DNA from: a virus
Lineage: Duplodnaviria > Caudoviricetes
Virus record (IMG/VR): IMGVR_UViG_3300037045_000081
Coordinates: 1-37,784 of that record
DNA length: 37,784 bases
Reading direction: 5' to 3' (one strand)
The notes under the pieces are model-generated. The model was not told the DNA's origin, ran no database searches, and saw only the letters and a list, made by a program, of their open reading frames with translations. Position numbers and translations under genes: made by a program. Shown here piece by piece: positions 8,474-16,945 of the stretch. Position 1 is the first letter of the stretch. Each line of letters opens with the position of its first letter.

Positions 8474-8955
8474 CGGACATAAACAGCCTGGTCATAATCG
8501 GCCGCCTCACCAGGGACGCGGAATTGAAGTACACGAAAGGAGGAACCGCCGTCCTCGCCGGATCCATAGCCGTAGGAAGATCCATTCCCCCAGGGCCCAA
8601 CGGCGGGGAATGGAAAAACGAAACCAGCTTTTTCGATTTCCAGCTATTCGGGAAATCAGCCGAAACCGCCACAAAGTGGGCCAAGAAGGGAAAACAGATC
8701 GCCATAAAAGGCGAGATCCGCCAAGACCGCTGGGAGCAAGACGGCCAGCCCCGAAGTAAGGTTTATATTGTGTGCGAAAAGATACAACCCCTTTCGGATC
8801 CCAAGGGAAGCGGGGCGAGGAATGGCGAGGATGAGACGGAGGGAGGCTGGGAGAGCCAGTCCACAAGGCCCGCGCCAAACCCCCATGGCTACGCCCCGAA
8901 GCCTCCGCAGCAGGCCCCAACCATCGATCCATTCGACGACGATATCCCATTTTGA
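8470..8955 (+). CDS. ssb: Single-stranded DNA-binding protein
   Basis: INSLVIIGRLTRDAELKYT OB fold; C-terminal DDDIPF. Confidence 0.96.
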   Translation: MTDINSLVIIGRLTRDAELKYTKGGTAVLAGSIAVGRSIPPGPNGGEWKNETSFFDFQLFGKSAETATKWAKKGKQIAIKGEIRQDRWEQDGQPRSKVYIVCEKIQPLSDPKGSGARNGEDETEGGWESQSTRPAPNPHGYAPKPPQQAPTIDPFDDDIPF

Positions 8956-8978
8956 GCAAGCGCGAAGGAGCCTGAAAC

Positions 8979-9911
8979 ATGAGCAGAATCAGAAACGTCA
9001 AACCCGATTTTCTACGCCACGAAGGGCTCCAGGACCTAGAGGTCGAGAATCCAGGATCCCACCCGATGCTGGTATTCCTCGGCCTATGGACCCAGGCTAG
9101 CCGAAACGGCGTATTCCCATGGAAGCCCAGGACCCTAAAACTAGACATCCTCCCGTTTCTTGACTTCCGCATGGAGGACACCCTGGAAATCCTATGGCGT
9201 GGCGGCTATATCCAACGATTCGAGGCAGACGGGGCGGAATATGGATTCATTCCCACCCTGGTCGAGCATCAGGCATTCAGTCACAAAGAGATGCAGGCGC
9301 CCCCGAGATATCCCGATTTCAACCCCGAAAATTTTATCAGAGTACCAGGGACAGACCAGGAATTACCCCAGCCCACGCCAGGGTCAGTCCCGGAACAGAC
9401 CCGGAACAGTCCCGGAACAGTCCCAGCACCGGCAGACATAGGACATAGGACTAAGGACATAGGACATAGGACCACGGAAGGCGCGAGCGAAATTTTAGGC
9501 TCCGACACGTTCCGGGAACCACCATTGAAAACAGCCCCAAGCATGACAGCAGAGAGGGCCCTAATCGATCCTATATGCCAGGCGTTCGAGTATTTCAACC
9601 CGAAGGGATTCACCGACACAGGCGCGGAGAACATAGGGGCCATCGGCCTTGCAGCTAAATTCGCCAGGCTAGGGGGAGAGGATCCGGGCAACCTAGCCCT
9701 AGCCGTGATTGAGCAATACGCCCGCATGGTCACAGCCGGCCGGGATAAATTCTGGAGGACCCAACCGTTGACCCCGTCCAACCTAAACAAGCCGGGGATT
9801 TTCGACCGAGTAATGGCAGAGATCCGGAACCAGCGCGGCACATTCGAGGACATAGCCGCAGAATGGGGAAAGAACGAAAGAAAAACCGCGATGATCGCGG
9901 AAGGAGCATGA
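8979..9911 (+). CDS. Phage replication initiator / replisome organiser
   Basis: MSRIRNVKPDF N-terminal motif; low-complexity linker containing iterons. Confidence 0.8.
   Translation: MSRIRNVKPDFLRHEGLQDLEVENPGSHPMLVFLGLWTQASRNGVFPWKPRTLKLDILPFLDFRMEDTLEILWRGGYIQRFEADGAEYGFIPTLVEHQAFSHKEMQAPPRYPDFNPENFIRVPGTDQELPQPTPGSVPEQTRNSPGTVPAPADIGHRTKDIGHRTTEGASEILGSDTFREPPLKTAPSMTAERALIDPICQAFEYFNPKGFTDTGAENIGAIGLAAKFARLGGEDPGNLALAVIEQYARMVTAGRDKFWRTQPLTPSNLNKPGIFDRVMAEIRNQRGTFEDIAAEWGKNERKTAMIAEGA
9385..9476 (+). repeat. Iteron-like repeats (probable origin) inside the initiator gene
   Basis: CAGWCCCGGAA at 9385, 9396, 9407 and degenerate at 9418; then six 7-mers of GACATAG type from 9435. Confidence 0.75.
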
Positions 9912-9971
9912 CACGATGGAAAACATGCTTGCCCGCCTCGAAGCCCTGCTCGCCAGGGCGGGGATGTAGGG

Positions 9972-10187
9972 ATGAAAGACAGTAGCAATCAAGAAATTGT
10001 GCCCATAAGGCCAAAATTGTCAGTCCATACAAACCGACATCCAAACACGGATGGAACATCGTGGGGCTGGATAGAAGGCTGTTCGAAAAACATATGTTGG
10101 TCGGATAACAAGTCCTTTAATTATGAGGCCGCTTGTAAATTTGTGAAAGGACATAATGCACAAGCGCGGAAGGAGAATATGGAATGA
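9972..10187 (+). CDS. Hypothetical protein (AT-rich accessory gene)
   Basis: ORF coupled by ATGA to the next gene; T-rich codons. Confidence 0.6.
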   Translation: MKDSSNQEIVPIRPKLSVHTNRHPNTDGTSWGWIEGCSKNICWSDNKSFNYEAACKFVKGHNAQARKENME

Positions 10188-10450
10188 CCCGCGAAGAACG
10201 AATCGAAGCGGCTCTTGGCACGGTAGGCAAGACGACGCCGGGACCATGGGAAATTGATGGTTGGTATATTGTTGGCGGGGATGGTTCTACCGTTGCCCAT
10301 TATATACCGTGGGATGAATCTGGTTGTAGAGAAGAAGATATTGCTAATCGTAATGTTCTCTCCGCCGCCTGCGACCTCCGCGAAGAGGTCATTGCCTTGC
10401 GGCAACTGGCAAAGACCGTGCCGAGAGCGATGTTGAAGGAGGTCACATGA
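10184..10450 (+). CDS. TPGPW-motif (Ead/Ea22-like) accessory protein
   Basis: KTTPGPWE..N..LSAA; AAGGAG RBS. Confidence 0.6.
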   Translation: MTREERIEAALGTVGKTTPGPWEIDGWYIVGGDGSTVAHYIPWDESGCREEDIANRNVLSAACDLREEVIALRQLAKTVPRAMLKEVT

Positions 10451-10842
10451 CCATAAAAGAATTCGGGATATGGCTTGAAGCCTATTACGGGCCATATACC
10501 AGCGCCGTGCAGCGCATAGAGGCTATCGAATACCTACGGGACCGATCCCCAGCCTTCCTGGACGCCCTAAAAAAAACCATGGTCATGAATTATTCGTCAG
10601 TATACGGGAAAACCCCCGACGTTGCCATTTTCGAGAAGTACAGGGAAGAAGCAGCCGCAAAAATTGAAACCCCGAGATTCCAGCGCATCGAGGCCCCCGA
10701 GGAGCAGCCCGTTACCATCGACGGGGCCGCCGTAATGCGGGAAATCATGACCAAGGCCCGAAAGGCTGCCCAGGAATCAGGAAAAAGACTACCGGATATA
10801 AAAAAAAGTGGCAAAACGATAGCGTCAGAACCGAAAAAATGA
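10447..10842 (+). CDS. Hypothetical protein, possibly helicase-loader-like
   Basis: AAGGAGGT RBS; position after the initiator; function is a guess. Confidence 0.6.
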   Translation: MTIKEFGIWLEAYYGPYTSAVQRIEAIEYLRDRSPAFLDALKKTMVMNYSSVYGKTPDVAIFEKYREEAAAKIETPRFQRIEAPEEQPVTIDGAAVMREIMTKARKAAQESGKRLPDIKKSGKTIASEPKK

Positions 10843-10897
10843 AGTACGCTACGCATGACGGACCACCCCGGAAAAGGGGAATGTTTTTACTTCGCAG

Positions 10898-10992
10898 CGG
10901 GACCGTCCAGGATAAAGCCCCCGGAGCCTCCCGGATATTCCGGCGGGAACGCACCAGCCCGCCGGAAACGCTACCAGCCCTGGACGGCCCCG
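10898..10992 (+). ncRNA. Putative structured cis-RNA upstream of the late operon
   Basis: Outer stem 10898-911/10979-992 (13 of 14 pairs); inner 10-bp stem 10938-47/10958-67; small CCGG/CCGG stem 10921-34. Confidence 0.45.
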
Positions 10993-11018
10993 TCCCATTT
11001 TACGACAAAGGGGAGAAC

Positions 11019-12527
11019 GTGCCGAAAGAGCAGCGAAACGACCAAACCCAGGACATAAAGATCGCCTGCCATGGAGCTGACAGGCTGCCCCTGGACGCGA
11101 TCGAGGATTTCCAGGGAAAACTAAAAAATAGATCCCGGAAAGACATTGATAAAATTATCGTCTCAATCGAGAAATACGGATTTTCATTCCCGTTTTTTGT
11201 ATGGCAAAGCCAGGGCCGAAATCTATGCCTTGACGGCCATGGAAGGATCCAAGCCCTCCACGAAATGCGCCGGCGCGGCACATCTTTACCTCTATTCCCC
11301 GTTGCCTATATCGACGCCCAGGATGAGGCCGAGGCCAAACAAAAACTACTCCGCCTGAATAGCCAGTACGGGGAAATGACCGTCGAGAGTGTCTTGGAAT
11401 TCATGGAGGGCCTAGAAATAGAGCCAGACGAACTAGCCCTTCCCACCGGCGGAACGCTGAAATTCACAGGCCCAAACCAGGACACGACCGGGGACGACGA
11501 TATCCCAGCCATCCAGGAAATACCGTTCACTAGGCCCGGAGACGTTTACACGCTGACAACCGGCAGGGGAACCCATCGCCTAATATGCGGGGATTCCACA
11601 AACCGGGAAACCGTATCCAGGCTCATCGAGGGCCGCCTTATTGACCTATGGCTGACCGATCCGCCACATAACGTAGACTATGCAGGCAAAAACGAAATGC
11701 TCAACCGAGCAGACAAAGGGAATCGCGTACAAGAAGCCATTGAAAACGACAAAATGGGCGATGCAGCGTTCCGAGAATTTTTGACCAAGGCATTTACCGC
11801 CGCAGCCGAACACCTGAAACCGGGCGGCGTTTTTTATATCCTCCACGCGCCAACGGAGACGGTGAATTTTTGGGGATCCATTACCGCCACAGGGCTTGAC
11901 GTCAGGCAAGTAATGGTATGGGTCAAAAACAATTTTGTCATAGGCCGGGCCGACTACCAATGGAAGCATGAGGGAATCCTCTACGGATGGAAAGCCGGAG
12001 CCCCGCATTTTTGGGATGGAGGCCGCAGCCAGACCACCGTCAGGGAAGATAGCCTGGAGAAACCCATCGACGAAATGAAAAAAGAGGAACTCCTCGAGCT
12101 GGTAAAAGCCCTCAAGGCAGAGCGCCGCGCCATACCCACAACCGTCATTGAATGCGACAAGCCAAGCCGGAGCGCAGAACATCCGACCATGAAGCCCGTC
12201 CGGCTTTTAGCCGGTTTCATCCTGAACAGCAGCAAGAAAAAGGGCCTCATTTTTGACGGTTTCGGAGGCAGCGGGTCAACCATGATTGCCGCCGAGCAGA
12301 CCGGCCGGACTTGCTACATGGCCGAACTTGACCCCCACTATTGCGACGTTATTGTCCGGAGATTCCATATTTGGGCCACGGAAAACGGAATGGAGCCGGA
12401 AATATTGCACAACGGGGAACCAATCAAAGGAGGACTTATCGATGAAGTAGAAAATGGCCGGGGAGGCAAAAAACTAAAGCAATTCGGAGCCTCCCCGTCT
12501 ACACCCCAGGAGGTAGCCATTGCCTAA
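11019..12527 (+). CDS. ParB-N domain fused to an N6/N4 DNA methyltransferase (beta class)
   Basis: SIEKYGF..DGHGR (ParB-N); HRLICGDS, TDPPHN, HPTMKPV, DGFGGSGST; GTG 11019 has a GGGGAG RBS (frame open from 10839). Confidence 0.9.
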   Translation: MPKEQRNDQTQDIKIACHGADRLPLDAIEDFQGKLKNRSRKDIDKIIVSIEKYGFSFPFFVWQSQGRNLCLDGHGRIQALHEMRRRGTSLPLFPVAYIDAQDEAEAKQKLLRLNSQYGEMTVESVLEFMEGLEIEPDELALPTGGTLKFTGPNQDTTGDDDIPAIQEIPFTRPGDVYTLTTGRGTHRLICGDSTNRETVSRLIEGRLIDLWLTDPPHNVDYAGKNEMLNRADKGNRVQEAIENDKMGDAAFREFLTKAFTAAAEHLKPGGVFYILHAPTETVNFWGSITATGLDVRQVMVWVKNNFVIGRADYQWKHEGILYGWKAGAPHFWDGGRSQTTVREDSLEKPIDEMKKEELLELVKALKAERRAIPTTVIECDKPSRSAEHPTMKPVRLLAGFILNSSKKKGLIFDGFGGSGSTMIAAEQTGRTCYMAELDPHYCDVIVRRFHIWATENGMEPEILHNGEPIKGGLIDEVENGRGGKKLKQFGASPSTPQEVAIA

Positions 12528-13239
12528 AAAAAAGCCAACTACCCAATTTGAAGACGTATCATTTGACCTTGACCTGGGGAACTTTAACCTTGAAATTGAC
12601 GCCCAGGCCACGGAGCCAGAAATTGAATCACGCTATGTTAAGCCACGCTACAAGCCCGAGATTCCCGAGCAGCTTTTAGCTTACAAAAAAGCCCAGGACC
12701 TGGCCGATGATGTCCGCATAACCCCCGGATCCCGCCATTATGTAGTCGTCGACGGAACTTTTTATTTTGGGGATTTCATCGAAGCCCTTATCGTAGGGAA
12801 TGACTGGCATATCCCGGAAATGACCGTTTCCACCCTTTCCATGAACGAAAACAACGTTGACAGCCTAGCGAATCTCCTCGAGGGAGGATATATCGACCGG
12901 CTGAATCTAATTATTTCCGCCTATTTTTACAGCCACGAGCGAGGCGCCCTGGTCAAATATATTTACGACCGACTAGACCAAGGAGACCGTTTCCAACTAG
13001 CCGCAGCCTCGAGCCATTGCAAGCTGGCGTTTTTCCAGACCGATGAAAAATTGAAAATAGTTATGCACGGATCCGCGAACCTACGCTCGAGCAGCAATAT
13101 CGAGCAAGTAATGATCGAGGAAAACGCGGACCTTTACGCATTCAACAAAGACATTCACGACCGGATAATCGACACCTATAAAACCATCAATCACCAGGTA
13201 AGGAGGAAAAGCCTATGGCAAGCGGTAGCGAAAATATGA
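12520..13239 (+). CDS. PLD-fold-like protein
   Basis: SHCK..HGSANL..NIEQ (HxK..GSxN..E); AGGAGGT RBS; TTG start. Confidence 0.65.
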   Translation: MPKKKPTTQFEDVSFDLDLGNFNLEIDAQATEPEIESRYVKPRYKPEIPEQLLAYKKAQDLADDVRITPGSRHYVVVDGTFYFGDFIEALIVGNDWHIPEMTVSTLSMNENNVDSLANLLEGGYIDRLNLIISAYFYSHERGALVKYIYDRLDQGDRFQLAAASSHCKLAFFQTDEKLKIVMHGSANLRSSSNIEQVMIEENADLYAFNKDIHDRIIDTYKTINHQVRRKSLWQAVAKI

Positions 13240-13397
13240 GCATGGCCGAGCAGGCCAAGAGAAGCCCTGTCGGCGGGAGAGCAAAAAGCGCAGCGAGTAC
13301 CAGGAGACCCAAGCGAGGATCCGCCCCGAAGACAAAAGCCCCCCGGAGCAGCCAGCCGACAAAAGCATGGGTCCCGTCGGCCAACGACATATTTTGA
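13236..13397 (+). CDS. Small basic protein
   Basis: ATGA overlap; K/R/S-rich, 53 aa. Confidence 0.45.
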   Translation: MSMAEQAKRSPVGGRAKSAASTRRPKRGSAPKTKAPRSSQPTKAWVPSANDIF

Positions 13398-13447
13398 CCG
13401 GCCTAGACGCCCTGGTTTACAGGCGAAATACAGGCGGAAAATGAGCA

Positions 13448-13780
13448 ATGCCAGGAGAACGGACCAGATTCAAGCCGGGCCAATCGGGAAACCCCGCAGG
13501 GAAACCGAAAGGGGCGATTTCCTTGTCAGCCCAGCTACGCAAGGCCCTAAAGAAGACCGTCCAGACCAAGGACGGAACGAAGCTGAAGACATACGACGCG
13601 ATAGTGACCAAGGCCATCCAGGCAGCCCTCCAGGGAGACACGGCCATGATGCGCTTAATATTCGACCGAGTAGACGGCCGGGTCAAAGACCTAGAATTCG
13701 AACCAGGCGGGCCAACGGAGGCGGAGCAAATCGAAAACGACAAGCATATTTTGTCCCAGCTTTTAGGGGATGAGGAATGA
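13448..13780 (+). CDS. terS: Terminase small subunit (DUF5681-like)
   Basis: RFKPGQSGNPAGKPKG..A.QGD..IFDRVDGR; directly upstream of TerL. Confidence 0.8.
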   Translation: MPGERTRFKPGQSGNPAGKPKGAISLSAQLRKALKKTVQTKDGTKLKTYDAIVTKAIQAALQGDTAMMRLIFDRVDGRVKDLEFEPGGPTEAEQIENDKHILSQLLGDEE

Positions 13781-15051
13781 GCGATCGAATGTATAAGCGC
13801 CTCGGAGACAAGGCCCTCGCCAGCATCAAGGCGAAGGGATTTTTAACCGTTTACGAGGGAGCAGTCAGATCCACAAAAACCGTCACCAGCCTGGTCAAAT
13901 GGTATAAATACATCATCCAGAGCCCGGAAAAGGTATTCCTCATGAGCGGGAATACCCTAGGGTCAGTCAACCGAAATTGCATTATCGGGGATTTCGGCCT
14001 TATTGCCATATCAAGCGGGAAGGCCAAGCCAAGGACAGACCAGGACGGATCCAAATACCTCCAGCTGGGCGATAAAATCATTTACTATTGCGGGGCCGAC
14101 AATGAGGCCAGCTATAAGAAGATCCGGGGCCTTTCCATAGGCGGCTGGTACGCCGACGAAGTGAACCTCCAGGCCCGGAATTTCATCGAGACAGCCCTGG
14201 CCCGATCGTTCGCCAGCCGGGACAGGCAGAATATTTGGACCCTGAACCCGGACGCCCCAATCCATTGGATTTACACCGAATATATCGACCGATACGCGAA
14301 GGAAAAAATCCCAGGATACAACTATTACCACTTCACCCTCGAGGACAATCCAGCCCTAAGCGACGAGCGGAAAGCAGAGATCGCGGCACAATTCACAGGG
14401 CTTTTTTATAAGCGTTACGTCCTGGGCTTGCGCGTCCGGGCCGAGGGAGGCATATACACCAGTTTTATCAATAACCGCCCAGGAGAGCCAGGGAACGTCA
14501 TGGACAAAGAGCCCGAGAAGATTCACCGCATCACCCTAGGCGCCGACTTTGGAGGATCCGCCAGCGCCACCGCCTATTCCGCCGTGGGCTGGTTTTTTAA
14601 CCAGGAAAAGCGCCTATCCCTGGTTGTCCTCGATGAACACTACGACACGGAAAACCGATCCGTTGAGGCCATCCTCCGGAATTGGCGGAATTTTGTAGCC
14701 AGGAACCGGGAGCGATTCCCCATTGACCGAGCATTCGGGGACAGCGCCGAGCAGCTAATTATCAAATCGATGAACAATTCCGGGGCCGGCGTATACGTTG
14801 AAAACGCCATGAAGCGGGAGGTCGTGGACCGTATCCGCCTATTCGACGTCCTATTCTCCCAGGGCCGGGCTTTTATCATGCGCCGATGCCGGCGGACCAT
14901 AGAGGCATTCGAAAACGCCGTATGGGACCAAAAAAAGATTGACGTCCGCCTAGACGACGGGACCACGAATATTGATTCCTTGGATGCGACAGAGTACGCC
15001 GTCGAGCGGGACGCGTCCCAGCTATTGCAATTTATAAGGAGCGCAGCGTGA
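13777..15051 (+). CDS. terL: Terminase large subunit (PBSX-like)
   Basis: Walker A EGAVRSTKT, Walker B WYADE, TLNPD, DNP, GADFG, DSLDATEY. Confidence 0.93.
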   Translation: MSDRMYKRLGDKALASIKAKGFLTVYEGAVRSTKTVTSLVKWYKYIIQSPEKVFLMSGNTLGSVNRNCIIGDFGLIAISSGKAKPRTDQDGSKYLQLGDKIIYYCGADNEASYKKIRGLSIGGWYADEVNLQARNFIETALARSFASRDRQNIWTLNPDAPIHWIYTEYIDRYAKEKIPGYNYYHFTLEDNPALSDERKAEIAAQFTGLFYKRYVLGLRVRAEGGIYTSFINNRPGEPGNVMDKEPEKIHRITLGADFGGSASATAYSAVGWFFNQEKRLSLVVLDEHYDTENRSVEAILRNWRNFVARNRERFPIDRAFGDSAEQLIIKSMNNSGAGVYVENAMKREVVDRIRLFDVLFSQGRAFIMRRCRRTIEAFENAVWDQKKIDVRLDDGTTNIDSLDATEYAVERDASQLLQFIRSAA

Positions 15052-16475
15052 AAAATTTATGGAGCAAGATTTTAGCTTTTTTGGCTAAACTACTTGGAAC
15101 AGCCTCGATCGCACCACCCGAGGTCAACGGCGCCGATGAAAATATCATGCGTTGGTGGGAGGTTTACCGGGCCAGATCGCCCTGGCTGAAATACGAATTC
15201 GTCACAGCCGACGGAGTAAAAAGATCCAGGCAGCGCATGACTCTAAACATGGCCAAGGTCCTATGCTCCGAGCTTGCCGGCCTTGTCCTATCAGAGCCCC
15301 CCACCGTAGAGGCCGGGGACCTGGTCGAAAAGATAATCGCAAAGGAAAGCCTATGGGACAACCTAAAGAAAACCACGGAGTACCAGGCAGCTATGGGAGG
15401 CCAGGTCCTTAAAGTAGGGATTGGGAAGGACAAGACCGGGGCCGCGCAGATATCCCTGGACTACGTCAAGGCCGCGAATTTTATTCCCCTGGCATGGGAT
15501 AATTCGACCATCACCGAGGCAGCTTTTATTGACAGGCGCGTCCTCGGAGGGAAAACGATAGCGCGAATCGAGACGCACCGGAAGGGAGAAGGCGGATCCT
15601 ACACCATCACCAATAAAGCATTCGATACGGAGACGGGGATAGAAATTCCACTTTCCAGGATAGACGAAACCCTCGAGGAAGAAACCACCGTCAAAATCGA
15701 AATGCCATTATTCGCATACATTCGAAACCCCGAGGCGAACAATATAGAACCCGAGAGCCCCCTGGGGATTTCCATTTTCGCCAACGCAATGGACACCCTC
15801 CAGGTCATTGATTTATCTTACGATGGATTCAAAACGGAGCTATTATCCGGCCGCCAGAGGATTGCCCTCCCTGGAACCGTAATGAGAGGATACATAGACG
15901 CAAACGGCATCCAGCGCCGAGGTTTCGACCCCACCGACGAGGCATATATCCGCGTTGAGGGAGACGACGCGGACAAAATAAAGCCCGTCGACCTATCCGG
16001 GCTTCTGCGCGTGGACGAATACAGGAAGGCAATACAGACAAACCTGGATATTTTAGCCGTACAAATAGGTTTTTCCGCCGGGTTTTTCGTATTCGACGGG
16101 CAAAGCGTGAAAACAGCAACGGAGGTTATATCCAACAATTCAAAGACCTACAAAACCATGACCAGCTACAGGGACGCGGTAGACGCGGGGCTCAAGCATA
16201 CCTTCCGAGTCATAAACGCCCTAGCCGAAGCCTACAAGATCCATGGAGGATCCAAAGATGATCCCGTCATCACATGGGACGATGGAGTCATTGAAGACCG
16301 GAATTCAAAAACGGACTACTGGCGGGGGATATACGAGGCCCACCTATGCGACCAGGTAACGGCCATCATGCAGATCCACGGACTAGACGAAGACGCCGCC
16401 AAGGAAATGGCGGACAAAATAAACAAGGGCCGACAGACCGCCACCGTCGACACCTTATTCCCGGAGGGACTATGA
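15048..16475 (+). CDS. Portal protein (A118/SPP1 gp6-like)
   Basis: LNMAK..CSELAGLV, ANNI..SPLGISIFANA, KTATEVIS, ITWDDGVIED. Confidence 0.92.
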   Translation: MKNLWSKILAFLAKLLGTASIAPPEVNGADENIMRWWEVYRARSPWLKYEFVTADGVKRSRQRMTLNMAKVLCSELAGLVLSEPPTVEAGDLVEKIIAKESLWDNLKKTTEYQAAMGGQVLKVGIGKDKTGAAQISLDYVKAANFIPLAWDNSTITEAAFIDRRVLGGKTIARIETHRKGEGGSYTITNKAFDTETGIEIPLSRIDETLEEETTVKIEMPLFAYIRNPEANNIEPESPLGISIFANAMDTLQVIDLSYDGFKTELLSGRQRIALPGTVMRGYIDANGIQRRGFDPTDEAYIRVEGDDADKIKPVDLSGLLRVDEYRKAIQTNLDILAVQIGFSAGFFVFDGQSVKTATEVISNNSKTYKTMTSYRDAVDAGLKHTFRVINALAEAYKIHGGSKDDPVITWDDGVIEDRNSKTDYWRGIYEAHLCDQVTAIMQIHGLDEDAAKEMADKINKGRQTATVDTLFPEGL

Positions 16476-16945
16476 ACACAGAATCGAGACAGGGACCGCA
16501 GCGGAAGAATCGGACGAAACCCTACAACACCCCCAGGATCCGCGAGACAGGAGTCAAGGGAGCTAAGGACCGAGAGCGGGCGATAAAGCACTACCACGAC
16601 GCCGCCCGATTTTTCAAGGTCAAGCCCGTGCCCGACAAAGACCTGGCCATAATGACCGGGACACAGATTTACCACCTGGGCGAAGACCTTTTCAATAAGC
16701 AGTCCCTCCGCCGAAAAGAGGACTATTTTCAGTATTTGGGCCTCCGCCCCAGGGCCAACCCGAAGGCCCTCAAGTGGTATATCCGGGACACGATCGCAGC
16801 CGAAGGGGCCGCCATGAACCAGGCGGAGCAGACCATCCTGGTCATTGCAGCCCTTTTCAAGTATTGCCTACGGAAAATAAAAGGCAAGAAAATAGCGAAA
16901 ATCGTCCCATACCAGCCAGCAAAAGAGAAGGCCGAGGCCAGATGA
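16472..16945 (+). CDS. Basic hypothetical protein between portal and minor capsid genes
   Basis: GGAGG RBS; ATGA overlaps at both ends. Confidence 0.7.
   Translation: MNTESRQGPQRKNRTKPYNTPRIRETGVKGAKDRERAIKHYHDAARFFKVKPVPDKDLAIMTGTQIYHLGEDLFNKQSLRRKEDYFQYLGLRPRANPKALKWYIRDTIAAEGAAMNQAEQTILVIAALFKYCLRKIKGKKIAKIVPYQPAKEKAEAR

Noticed and set aside
9435-9476. Short repeat arrays (also 37104-37136 and 18744-18794) as mini-CRISPR arrays
   Set aside because: No repeat-spacer alternation of CRISPR dimensions
13441-13773. Alternative-frame ORF overlapping terS
   Set aside because: Low-complexity R/G/P-rich translation; the 13448 frame has the recognisable motif and couples to terL
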